NCBI GenBank assembly: GCA_964608375.1
Contig: CAZSON010000004.1
Span: forward strand, 1-35,056
Length of the DNA stretch: 35,056 nt
Source: an uncultured Desulfobacter sp.
Lineage (GTDB): Bacteria > Desulfobacterota > Desulfobacteria > Desulfobacterales > UBA2156
Reading direction: 5' to 3'
The position numbers and the translations under genes were made by a program. Below are positions 27,504 through 35,056 of the stretch, in pieces. The notes under the pieces are model-generated. The model saw only the letters and a list, made by a program, of their open reading frames with translations. It ran no database searches and was not told where the DNA came from. Every line of letters begins with the position of its first letter. The stretch's first letter is position 1.

Positions 27504-28742
27504 ATGAAAAAAAAAGTTATTTTTCTAGTTTTTGTCCTGTCCGTTCTTTTTGGAATTCACCCGCTGTATGCTTCAACCCAGCTAAAACGGCTCGGAATCA
27601 GCCCTTTTTACAAAGCCAAAGACCTGCAAGCCGAAGCGATTTATCCGATTATAATGCAAAATAAAGGCGATGCCGAAGCGGGGTTTATTAAAGCCGGAGC
27701 TGTTAACCTGTTTCATCCGTTTATCACCCAGCTCAAAACCGCAAAAATTGATGCGGTTCAGGTCCCACCGGGTGAAACTTTAATGTGGATGATCTTTAAA
27801 AAAAAGAAAAAGATTTTCGTATTAAACGATGTAAAATGGGCAGGGAAGGCTCCCTTTGAAGGATATCGGTTTGTCATTGAGCACAATAACCGAGCCTATG
27901 AATTCATTATCCCTAAAGTCTGCTTTAATATTGCATTAAAAAGTGTTACCGATATCCCGGTTAAAGCACCTGTTAAAGCCGAGCCGAAAAAAATCGAACC
28001 TAAAAAAGAGGTGGCTAAAGTTGCTGAAGTTCCTGAGAATCGATCTCCACAATGTAATTTATCGGTCTCACCCGAAACGTTTTTAACCGGAACCACCGTT
28101 ATGTCCGATGCATCACAATCGGTTGATTCTGATGGGAAAGTCGTATCTGTTACCTTTACAATTATAGATCCCAAAGGGAGCATCGTGGAAAAGAAAATTG
28201 TTGCAGAGGCGCCCTTTATTTACAAGACAAAAATAAAAAAGCCCGGCGTTCATAAGATACAGGCAGTGGTAAAGGATGACGCCGGGGGCGAAAGCCCGGC
28301 GAACAGTTGCACCAGGGAAGTAACCGTCCTAAAGAGAGGATTTTTTGTCGGAGATATCGGCCTGTTGCAACAATTTGATCCGGCTACGTTTTTACCGATA
28401 AGAGTTGGATATATGCATAAGCTTACGGAGAAAGTCGCTATTACGGCTTTGGTGGGAGGCGCTCCCTTGCTGAACGGTTGTAGCGATAATCCGGCAACCA
28501 TAGCGGATATCAGGCTCTCCTACTACCCGGCGCCCAGATTCTTTGTCAGTGCCGGTAGCGGTATGTGGCATACGACGTATAAGACTAGAACAGATTTTAT
28601 CCTGGATACAGGCTACCAGCTCACCGACAATCCAAACGGACCCAACTTTTCAATTTACCTCGAGGGAAGATCGGCATTTGATGAGTTTGATAACATATCG
28701 GAACGGGGTAGATTCGGTGGCGGACTCCGGGTCTATTTTTAA
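27504..28742 (+). CDS. Secreted / outer-membrane-associated hypothetical protein with an N-terminal unknown domain, K/P/E/V-rich linker, PKD/Ig-like domain and C-terminal beta-barrel-like domain
   Basis: 412 aa with AGGAGGG RBS. Signal peptide MKKKVIFLVFVLSVLFGIHPLYA|S and a linker PVKAPVKAEPKKIEPKKEVAKVAEVPE. A Cys-bracketed beta-rich ~90-aa module (CNLSVSP...DDAGGESPANSC). The C-terminus GGGLRVYF ends in Phe, like OMP beta-signals. Confidence 0.6.
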   Translation: MKKKVIFLVFVLSVLFGIHPLYASTQLKRLGISPFYKAKDLQAEAIYPIIMQNKGDAEAGFIKAGAVNLFHPFITQLKTAKIDAVQVPPGETLMWMIFKKKKKIFVLNDVKWAGKAPFEGYRFVIEHNNRAYEFIIPKVCFNIALKSVTDIPVKAPVKAEPKKIEPKKEVAKVAEVPENRSPQCNLSVSPETFLTGTTVMSDASQSVDSDGKVVSVTFTIIDPKGSIVEKKIVAEAPFIYKTKIKKPGVHKIQAVVKDDAGGESPANSCTREVTVLKRGFFVGDIGLLQQFDPATFLPIRVGYMHKLTEKVAITALVGGAPLLNGCSDNPATIADIRLSYYPAPRFFVSAGSGMWHTTYKTRTDFILDTGYQLTDNPNGPNFSIYLEGRSAFDEFDNISERGRFGGGLRVYF

Positions 28743-28767
28743 GTTGAAAGAATAGCGGCGGAACGAT

Positions 28768-29127
28768 TTATTTTTTACTACCTTTAAGCAGTGCATGGAT
28801 GTTTTCAAGTTCGGAACGAATTTCATAAAGTGTTTGAGCTGGGACCTTATCCTCGCTCACCTTTTCATAACCGCGCAGGTGTTGTTTTGCACCCTGAATC
28901 GTGAATTTTTTATTGTAAAGAAGATGTTTGATTTTAAGGACCAGATCAACATCTTTTTTCCTGTAGAGCCGTTGGCCTGATGGGGTTCGCTTTGGCTTTA
29001 TCTTTTTGAATTCAGTTTCCCAGAACCTGAGGACATATGTGGGGACATCTGCAATTTCACCGACTTCACCGATCTTGTAATACAGTTTATCGGGAAAATC
29101 TATTTGATAGGGCCTTTTATTTTCCAT
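28768..29127 (-). CDS. MerR-family transcriptional regulator
   Basis: YYKIGEVGEIADVPTYVLRFWETEF...PKRTPSGQRLYRKKDV winged-HTH motif. I prefer the ATG at 29127; the longer ORF begins with a TTG at 29154 that overlaps pheT. Confidence 0.85.
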   Translation of the reverse strand: MENKRPYQIDFPDKLYYKIGEVGEIADVPTYVLRFWETEFKKIKPKRTPSGQRLYRKKDVDLVLKIKHLLYNKKFTIQGAKQHLRGYEKVSEDKVPAQTLYEIRSELENIHALLKGSKK

Positions 29128-29150
29128 TTTATTAAGATTTAAGAACAGTA

Positions 29151-31565
29151 TCAAACAGGGAGCGTTGCATCAAACGATTTCAACAGTCGGCCCGAAATTT
29201 TTTGATGAACCTGATTTACTTCTTCATCCGCCAATGTTCTGGAGCTTGATCGATAGGTGATTCTAAATGAAATGCTTTTCTTGCCTTCGGGAATCGGGTT
29301 CCCTTCAAAAACGTCAAAAAGAAAAGTGCTTTCCACCAGCTCTTCTCGGGCATCTTCGACGCATGCCATTATCTTTCCTGATGCGATCTCTTTGTCGATA
29401 ATAATCGTAAAATCCCGATAAACAGCTGGATATTTTGGAATCGGTTTAGACTGTTTTATTACAGATAAAAATGGAAACAGCGAATCTATATTGATTTCGG
29501 CAATGTAAACGCTTTGCTTTAACCCGAAATTTTGAAGAATGCTCGGAGCCACCATTCCCACCATACCGATCAGTTCATTATTATAAAGAATTTTGGCGGT
29601 TTCACCTAGCCGGGTGTAATCACAGCCATTGTCCGGCATATCGGTGAACAGAGCACCTTCGAAATTCAAGCCTTTGAAAAGGCTTTCGATGACCCCTTTG
29701 ATGTCAAAAAAATCACATGGTGTTTCCTTTGAATGCCATGCCGGATCCGATCTTGTTCCTGTCCAAAGAATCGCGATCATCTCTTTTTCATCAGGGAGGT
29801 TTTCCCGGCCACTACTGATAAATGTTTTGCCGACTTCAAACAGTTTCAGGTTTTTGATCTGTTGGGAGATATTGCCTTGGACCGTCCTGAGCAAACCCGG
29901 AATTAGGGAGGTCCTCATCGCCGACTGTTCTTCGTTTAATGGGTTTAAAATATCGACCATATTTCTTCTCGGATCTTTTTTTCCGAATCCGAGATGGTCA
30001 CATGATTTTACGTCATCAAAACTGTAATTGATCGCCTCCGAAAAACCGAAGCCGATCATGAGGAGTTTGATCCTGTTTCTTAAATGCAGCCGCCTATTTC
30101 GCTGTCTTCCATCGGTCGGCATCAGAGGGAAGGTGGTGGGGATGTTGTTGTAACCGGCAAGACGCGCAATTTCTTCCATGGCATCTTCCGGTCTTTTGAT
30201 ATCAACTCTAAAACCAGGCGGAACTACCGCCAAATTATCCTTATCAACCGGGTCGACGCTGAATTCTATTGATCTTAAAAAGTCGTTCATTTCATCCCTG
30301 TCAAGGTCTGTACCGAGAAGGCGATTGGTTTGTTTTGTACTCAAAACAATTCTATTTTTGGGAATCGTCTTGGGGTATTCATCGATTATTCCTCCTATTA
30401 ATTTGCTATCGCTAACTTGTGTCATAAGTTGAGCAGCTCTGTCCAGTGCTTTTACAGTGCCTTCAGGGTCTACGCCACGCTCAAAACGGTATGAGGCCTC
30501 TGTCGCCAGGTTAAGTTTTTTTGATGTTCTTCGAATGCTAAGTGGGCTGAAGTATGCGCTTTCAATCAGAACCCGGGTCGTGTTTGTTTCGATCTCGGAG
30601 TTTAGACCGCCCATCACCCCGCCTATGGCGACCGCCTTCTCTCCATCACAGATCATAAGTGTGTCGGAAGAGAGAGTTCGATTTTTTTGATCAAGGGTGG
30701 TAAAAATTTCTCCCTTTTTTGCCAGACGAACAACGATTCTGTTTTCTGACAGTCTATCCAAATCAAATGCATGAAGCGGCTGCCCGGTTTCCATCAGTAC
30801 AAAGTTGGTTACGTCAACGATATTATTGATCGGTCTTAACCCCACTGAAATCAACCGATCTTGAAGCCAGTAAGGGGAGGGCGCTACGGAAACATCAAAT
30901 AAAAGACGGGCGGCGTACCGAGGACAGTGGTCCGGCGCTTCAATTTCAACTGATGTATATTTGAAAATATGATTTTCAGTACCCGGAAGGTGGATAGCCG
31001 GATACGTTAATTTTGTTTTCTGAATTGCCGCTATTTCCCGGGCGATGCCCAGAATGCTGAGGCAGTCAGATCTATTCGGGGTGAGATCGATATCAAAAAC
31101 CATATCTGAAAGCGCGAGCGCTTTTCCGAGCGTGTCTCCTGCCTGCAACTGCGGGTTGAGAGCTAAAACACCGCTTTGATCTGTCCCCAGCTCCAATTCT
31201 TTTTCACTGCATATCATACCCTCAGAGGTCACCCCGCGAACAACAGTCTTTTCAAGGAGTAATCCATCTGGAAAAAGCGTACCCGGCAGGGCAACAGGTA
31301 CCAGCATATTCTTTTTCAGGTTAGGGGCGCCGCATACAATTGAAACTGTTCTATTTCCGATATCTACATTGCAGATCTTCAGCCTGTCCGCATTCGGATG
31401 GAGATCAATTTGATTCAGTTTTCCCACAACAACACTTTTAATGTAATCATAGCGGTCTGATATGGATGCAACTTCCAGCCCTACCATAGTTAACGCATCG
31501 GCAAGACGATGGACCTCCATTTCAATGGGAACATATTCTTTCAGCCAACTTAAGCTAACTTTCAT
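29151..31565 (-). CDS. pheT: Phenylalanine--tRNA ligase beta subunit
   Basis: 804 aa. MKVSLSWLKEY N-terminus with tRNA-binding, B3/4, B5 and FDX-ACB domain order. Confidence 0.96.
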   Translation of the reverse strand: MKVSLSWLKEYVPIEMEVHRLADALTMVGLEVASISDRYDYIKSVVVGKLNQIDLHPNADRLKICNVDIGNRTVSIVCGAPNLKKNMLVPVALPGTLFPDGLLLEKTVVRGVTSEGMICSEKELELGTDQSGVLALNPQLQAGDTLGKALALSDMVFDIDLTPNRSDCLSILGIAREIAAIQKTKLTYPAIHLPGTENHIFKYTSVEIEAPDHCPRYAARLLFDVSVAPSPYWLQDRLISVGLRPINNIVDVTNFVLMETGQPLHAFDLDRLSENRIVVRLAKKGEIFTTLDQKNRTLSSDTLMICDGEKAVAIGGVMGGLNSEIETNTTRVLIESAYFSPLSIRRTSKKLNLATEASYRFERGVDPEGTVKALDRAAQLMTQVSDSKLIGGIIDEYPKTIPKNRIVLSTKQTNRLLGTDLDRDEMNDFLRSIEFSVDPVDKDNLAVVPPGFRVDIKRPEDAMEEIARLAGYNNIPTTFPLMPTDGRQRNRRLHLRNRIKLLMIGFGFSEAINYSFDDVKSCDHLGFGKKDPRRNMVDILNPLNEEQSAMRTSLIPGLLRTVQGNISQQIKNLKLFEVGKTFISSGRENLPDEKEMIAILWTGTRSDPAWHSKETPCDFFDIKGVIESLFKGLNFEGALFTDMPDNGCDYTRLGETAKILYNNELIGMVGMVAPSILQNFGLKQSVYIAEINIDSLFPFLSVIKQSKPIPKYPAVYRDFTIIIDKEIASGKIMACVEDAREELVESTFLFDVFEGNPIPEGKKSISFRITYRSSSRTLADEEVNQVHQKISGRLLKSFDATLPV

Positions 31566-31566
31566 A

Positions 31567-32604
31567 TCAAAATTGCGCTAGAAACCTGAAATCATTTTCA
31601 AAAAATTTTCGGATGTCATCGATACCATACTTCAGCATGGCAATCCGTTCAACCCCCATTCCAAAAGCAAATCCGGTGTACCGATCGGTGTCATACCCCA
31701 CTTGCTCAAACAGCGCTGGATGAACCATGCCGGAACCCAGGACTTCAATCCATCCGGTCTGGGAGCAAACTCTGCACCCTTTACCCCTGCACATCACACA
31801 AAGAATATCCACCTCTGCACTCGGTTCGGTAAATGGGAAAAAACTGGGTCGAAATCGAAGGCTGGTTCGGTCATCAAACATCTGATGCACAAAAGTAGTC
31901 AATGTTCCTTTTAGATCTCCGAAGGAGATGTTTTCATCCACTAAAAGCCCCTCCACCTGATGGAACATCGGGGTATGGGTCAAGTCGGAATCACGGCGGA
32001 ATACTTTACCGGGCACAATCACCCTCACCGGCGGGGGCTGATTTTCCATGGTTCGAATCTGAACGGGCGAGGTATGGGTCCTCAAAACGATATTGTTAGA
32101 AACATAAAAAGTATCCTGCATATCACGTGCAGGATGGTCTTTTGGAATATTTAATGCCTCGAAATTATAAAAATCGGTTTCTACCTCAGGCCCTTCGGCT
32201 ATATCAAACCCAAGACCGGTAAAGATATCACATATTTCCCGGTTAACCTGAGTAATGGGATGCAGAGAACCGGAAGTTGCAGTTCTCCCGGGTAAAGATA
32301 CATCAATCCGATTATCAACCGGCCGGTTATGTGCTTTAATTTGGGTTAGGGCAGCTTTGAAAGCTTTATCGAGCCCATTTTTTATCTCATTTGCTTTTTT
32401 CCCGGCTGCCGATCTTTTTTCAACAGGAAGAGATGAAATATTCCTCAAAAAATGAGTTACAGCGCCCTTTCGACCCAAATAACGGTTCGCAAGGACTTTT
32501 ATTTCCTCGATACCAGACGCAGCGCCAAGGGCTTTTAACGCCTCATTTTTTATCTGTTCAATCGGTTTTCCCACCTTTAGTGATACCTTTGGTAACCCGA
32601 TCAT
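31567..32604 (-). CDS. pheS: Phenylalanine--tRNA ligase alpha subunit
   Basis: 345 aa. HPITQV, class II motifs FRRDSDLTHTPMFHQVEG and GFAFGMGVERIAMLKYGI. Confidence 0.96.
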   Translation of the reverse strand: MIGLPKVSLKVGKPIEQIKNEALKALGAASGIEEIKVLANRYLGRKGAVTHFLRNISSLPVEKRSAAGKKANEIKNGLDKAFKAALTQIKAHNRPVDNRIDVSLPGRTATSGSLHPITQVNREICDIFTGLGFDIAEGPEVETDFYNFEALNIPKDHPARDMQDTFYVSNNIVLRTHTSPVQIRTMENQPPPVRVIVPGKVFRRDSDLTHTPMFHQVEGLLVDENISFGDLKGTLTTFVHQMFDDRTSLRFRPSFFPFTEPSAEVDILCVMCRGKGCRVCSQTGWIEVLGSGMVHPALFEQVGYDTDRYTGFAFGMGVERIAMLKYGIDDIRKFFENDFRFLAQF

Positions 32605-32651
32605 GATTCAAATAACAGATCGCAAGATCGCATTTTATTTTTTATTCGGGA

Positions 32652-33002
32652 TTATAACTGCTGTGCGGCAAGGTTGGCAATATGCGTAAATCCGGATGGA
32701 TCGGAGATCGCCAGGTCTGCAAGAACTTTACGATCAAGCTCAATACCGGCCAATTTTATACCGTGCATAAATTTGCTATAAGAGAGGTTATTCATTCGAG
32801 CTGCCGCATTAATCCTGGTAATCCAAAGCCGCCGAAAATCACGCTTTCGCACCCTGCGATCTCGATAAGCATACATGAGGGCTTTGTCCACCGCATCCGC
32901 CGCAGTACGAAATAGTTTGCTTCGGCCCCCTCTGAATCCCCTGGCCAGCTTCAAGACCTTTTTCCGACGTTTTCTTGCTTTGAAACCCCTTTTGACTCTC
33001 AT
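32652..33002 (-). CDS. rplT: 50S ribosomal protein L20
   Basis: 116 aa. [25 protein letters not shown] ... [23 protein letters not shown]. Confidence 0.96.
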   Translation of the reverse strand: MRVKRGFKARKRRKKVLKLARGFRGGRSKLFRTAADAVDKALMYAYRDRRVRKRDFRRLWITRINAAARMNNLSYSKFMHGIKLAGIELDRKVLADLAISDPSGFTHIANLAAQQL

Positions 33003-33027
33003 TATTTTACTCCTAAATTGACGGCTG

Positions 33028-33225
33028 CTATCCGTTCGGAAGAAGCAGCTTTATCATCTTTTTGTCCGCTTTGCTTAGAATTTGACTTTGCCGCAACGAC
33101 CGTTTGCGCTTGGTGGTCTTCTTGGTTAAAATATGGTTGGCGTGGGATTTTGAAAAAACGAATTTGCCCGTACCTGTTTTTTTGAAACGTTTTGCAGCAG
33201 CTCGATTTGTTCTAATTTTTGGCAT
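33028..33225 (-). CDS. rpmI: 50S ribosomal protein L35
   Basis: 65 aa from the ATG at 33225 ([22 protein letters not shown]), with AAGGAGAAAAAA immediately upstream. The longer ORF starting at 33264 is not used. Confidence 0.93.
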   Translation of the reverse strand: MPKIRTNRAAAKRFKKTGTGKFVFSKSHANHILTKKTTKRKRSLRQSQILSKADKKMIKLLLPNG

Positions 33226-33240
33226 TTTTTCTCCTTGTCT

Positions 33241-33285
33241 TTCAAAAATAGATGGCGTGAGCACCCCCGTTTATCAGCTCACGCC
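33241..33285 (-). promoter_or_regulatory. Strong hairpin plus U-tract in the infC-rpmI spacer (candidate L20-responsive attenuator or operator)
   Basis: The - strand reads GGCGTGAGC-(14 nt)-GCTCACGCC, a 9-bp perfect stem (33277-33285 / 33254-33262), followed by ATCTATTTTTGAA directly before the rpmI RBS. Confidence 0.45.
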
Positions 33286-33385
33286 ACTTTTTCTGATACC
33301 TTAATGTTCATACATAACATGAAAACATCTCAAGGTCAACAGATTTGTGTATTCTATGCAACAAACTTTAAAGCGCAAAAACATA

Positions 33386-33925
33386 TTATTTTGGCGCCAG
33401 GATCATCATCATTGTCCGTCCTTCAAATTTGGGTTCTTGCTCCACAAATGCGATATCTTCGGTCTCTTCGGCAATTTTGCCGAGCAAATCCCTGCCGAAT
33501 TGGGAAAGCGTAATTTCACGGCCCCTGAAAATCACAGTTACTTTAACCTTATCTTTTCTTCCAATAAACTTCTTTATATGACCAATTTTAACCCCGAGGT
33601 CATGCTCACCTGTTTTTGGGCGTACCTTTATTTCCTTTACTTGAAAAGTGCTCTGTTTTTTTTTGGCCTCTTGTTTTTTTTTGGTCTCTTTGTATTTATG
33701 CCGACCATAATCCATTATTTTGCAAACAGGTGGAGTTGCGTTGGGAGAGATTTCCACCAGATCGAGGCCAAAATCAGCTGCGGTTGCAAGTGCTCTGTGA
33801 GTTGGAATAATACCGATCTGATTGCCTTCTGGATCTATGACTCTCACCTCTTTTGCTTTTATATTTTGATTAATATTTGTTCGGTTCTGTCTGTTTTGTC
33901 GCCTCGGTATAGCTATGCCCTTCAC
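33386..33925 (-). CDS. infC: Translation initiation factor IF-3
   Basis: 179 aa as tracked. INQNIKAKEVRVIDPEGNQIGII, VCKIMDYGRHKY and IKVRPKTGEHDLGVK motifs. No in-frame ATG before codon 71, so the start is non-AUG (GTG 33925 or ATA 33916). Confidence 0.9.
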   Translation of the reverse strand: MKGIAIPRRQNRQNRTNINQNIKAKEVRVIDPEGNQIGIIPTHRALATAADFGLDLVEISPNATPPVCKIMDYGRHKYKETKKKQEAKKKQSTFQVKEIKVRPKTGEHDLGVKIGHIKKFIGRKDKVKVTVIFRGREITLSQFGRDLLGKIAEETEDIAFVEQEPKFEGRTMMMILAPK

Positions 33926-33989
33926 CTCCTATTGGTCGTAATGTCTCTTTAATATCAACATGTCGTTTGAATTTGAAATAAATAACAGC

Positions 33990-34018
33990 TACATAAATAA
34001 TTTCATTAAAGAATGCAA
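33990..34018 (-). promoter_or_regulatory. Possible sigma70-like promoter for infC
   Basis: On the - strand: TTGCAT (34018-34013), a 17-nt spacer, then TATGTA (33995-33990), about 65 nt upstream of the infC start region. Confidence 0.3.
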
Positions 34019-34136
34019 GCGAAAAATGAAAAGAAAATAAACGTTCTATCACATCAAAGGTATGGGACATTCGGAAAAATTGTTATTTACATCATTTCAA
34101 CCATCTGAAATAAAACGATGGTTATTAAGACTGAGA

Positions 34137-34183
34137 GTCTCGTAAAAAGTCATTTGTGAACGACTTGGATCATTTTGGGATAA
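34137..34183 (+). repeat. Intergenic repeat unit (subfamily A), single copy upstream of the amidotransferase gene
   Basis: GTCTCGTAAAAAGTCATTTGTGAAC is identical to 27085-27109. The next ~22 nt are about 75 percent identical (CATTTTG[A/G]GATAA conserved). Confidence 0.85.
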
Positions 34184-34257
34184 TATGTCGGACAGACAAA
34201 AACAAAGGATTTTTTTGTGTTTATCTTCACACGTAATTTAAGCAAGGAGTCGATAGG

Positions 34258-35007
34258 ATGAAAGGAGTTAAAATGATGCGACCGTTGATCGGGATTACAT
34301 GCTCTAGAGTGATCGGAGGCGCCTGGAGTCAGAATTCGCCAGGGCATTTTATGGACTATACTTTTAATGAATATAGCAGTGCGGTTCACCACTGTGGGGG
34401 AGCCCCGATTCTTATCCCTACCGTTCAAAATCATGACTCACTTCAATCGATCTGCGAACGGCTCGACGGTCTCATTTTAACCGGCGGGCCGGATGTTGAC
34501 CCGCATTTTTACGGTGAAGAACCCCTGCCACGATTGGGTGAAGTCGATGAAGCCATAGACTTGACTGAGCTTTCGGTAGTAAAAATAGCCCTTCAACAAG
34601 ATCTACCGGTGCTTGGCATTTGCAGAGGGATCCAGGTGCTGAATGTCTCGGAAGGGGGAACACTCTACCAGGACATACCGAGCCAGGTTAAAGAGAGCAT
34701 TAATCATCTTCAGAAGAAAGACAAGCGCGTAAATGCTCACCATGTCCGGATAGATGGAAATACGCTTCTCCACTCAATTTTCAAAAGGAAAAAAATACGG
34801 GTCAACAGCAGACATCATCAAGCCATCAAGGATCTGGCGCCAAGTCTGATTGCCACGGCATGGGCACAGGACGGCCTTATCGAGGCGGTTGAAAACTCGT
34901 CAAAATCTTTTGCTATCGGGGTACAGTGGCATCCGGAAGGGACCTGGGAAAAGGATCCTTTTTCAAAAAAACTTTTCCATTCTTTTATTCGAGCTTCAAA
35001 GGGATAA
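34258..35007 (+). CDS. Class I glutamine amidotransferase, peptidase C26 (gamma-glutamyl-gamma-aminobutyrate hydrolase / PuuD-like)
   Basis: PLIGITC N-terminus, GICRGIQVLNV (nucleophile Cys), HHQAI and GVQWHPE (His). An alternative ATG at 34273 also has a good AAGGAG RBS. Confidence 0.85.
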   Translation: MKGVKMMRPLIGITCSRVIGGAWSQNSPGHFMDYTFNEYSSAVHHCGGAPILIPTVQNHDSLQSICERLDGLILTGGPDVDPHFYGEEPLPRLGEVDEAIDLTELSVVKIALQQDLPVLGICRGIQVLNVSEGGTLYQDIPSQVKESINHLQKKDKRVNAHHVRIDGNTLLHSIFKRKKIRVNSRHHQAIKDLAPSLIATAWAQDGLIEAVENSSKSFAIGVQWHPEGTWEKDPFSKKLFHSFIRASKG

Positions 35008-35056
35008 TGGATCAGGCCGGTTTTATCAAACCCATGAGTTCATCTCTCACATCGTC

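Noticed and set aside
33347-33952. 201-aa ORF on the + strand, antisense to infC
   Set aside because: The F/L-rich sequence is produced by reading the lysine-rich infC region backwards. It has no motifs and fully overlaps a confidently identified gene.
27085-34161. The 25-nt perfect direct repeats as att sites flanking a tRNA-associated genomic island
   Set aside because: The 7 kb between them contains essential core genes (pheS, pheT, rplT, rpmI, infC) and no integrase. The repeat lies upstream of the tRNA 5' end rather than overlapping its 3' end. A dispersed repeat family explains the data better.
1-35056. CRISPR arrays, IS elements, integrases, toxin-antitoxin pairs, restriction-modification genes or known defence genes
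   Set aside because: No spaced direct-repeat arrays were seen. No ORF of 60 aa or more in the six-frame track shows transposase, integrase, nuclease-ATPase or methyltransferase motifs.

Overview
This is a dense, almost entirely housekeeping chromosomal window with about 34 protein genes and 1 tRNA. I found no rRNA, CRISPR array, transposase, integrase or phage genes. The left third (+ strand) carries a DHH phosphoesterase, an MBL hydrolase, a SirC-like precorrin-2 dehydrogenase, a CcsA/HemX-like membrane protein, hemA and fabD. These are followed by a block of overlapping genes (dksA-like, PHP, rnc, radical SAM) and a YgjP-type metallohydrolase. The middle (- strand, about 11.7-27.0 kb) is one co-directional 15-gene array: tRNA-Gly(CCC), rimP, nusA, infB, DUF503, rbfA, nrnA-like, truB, rpsO, pnp, M16 peptidase, dut, MBL, thiolase-like, nitrilase. 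The right end carries a secreted PKD/beta-barrel-like protein (+), then infC, rpmI, rplT, pheS, pheT and a MerR-like gene in that order on the - strand, and a C26 glutamine amidotransferase (+). Gene order and protein sequences resemble a Desulfobacterota/deltaproteobacterial genome; this is inference only. I do not see a recognisable defence, mobile or secondary-metabolite system. Four things are not explained by ordinary annotation. (1) A family of ~45-bp intergenic repeat units at three loci, including a tail-to-tail ~90-bp palindromic dimer next to the tRNA and a 25-nt perfect direct repeat 7 kb apart. (2) A catalytically degenerate thiolase-like (TLP1-type) gene paired with a nitrilase at the distal end of the nusA-pnp array. 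(3) A tRNA-led rimP-nusA-infB operon with an intrinsic-terminator-like hairpin abutting rimP. (4) An uncharacterised three-domain surface protein behind a long structured 5' region. All functional calls come from reading motifs by eye and none has been checked against a database.
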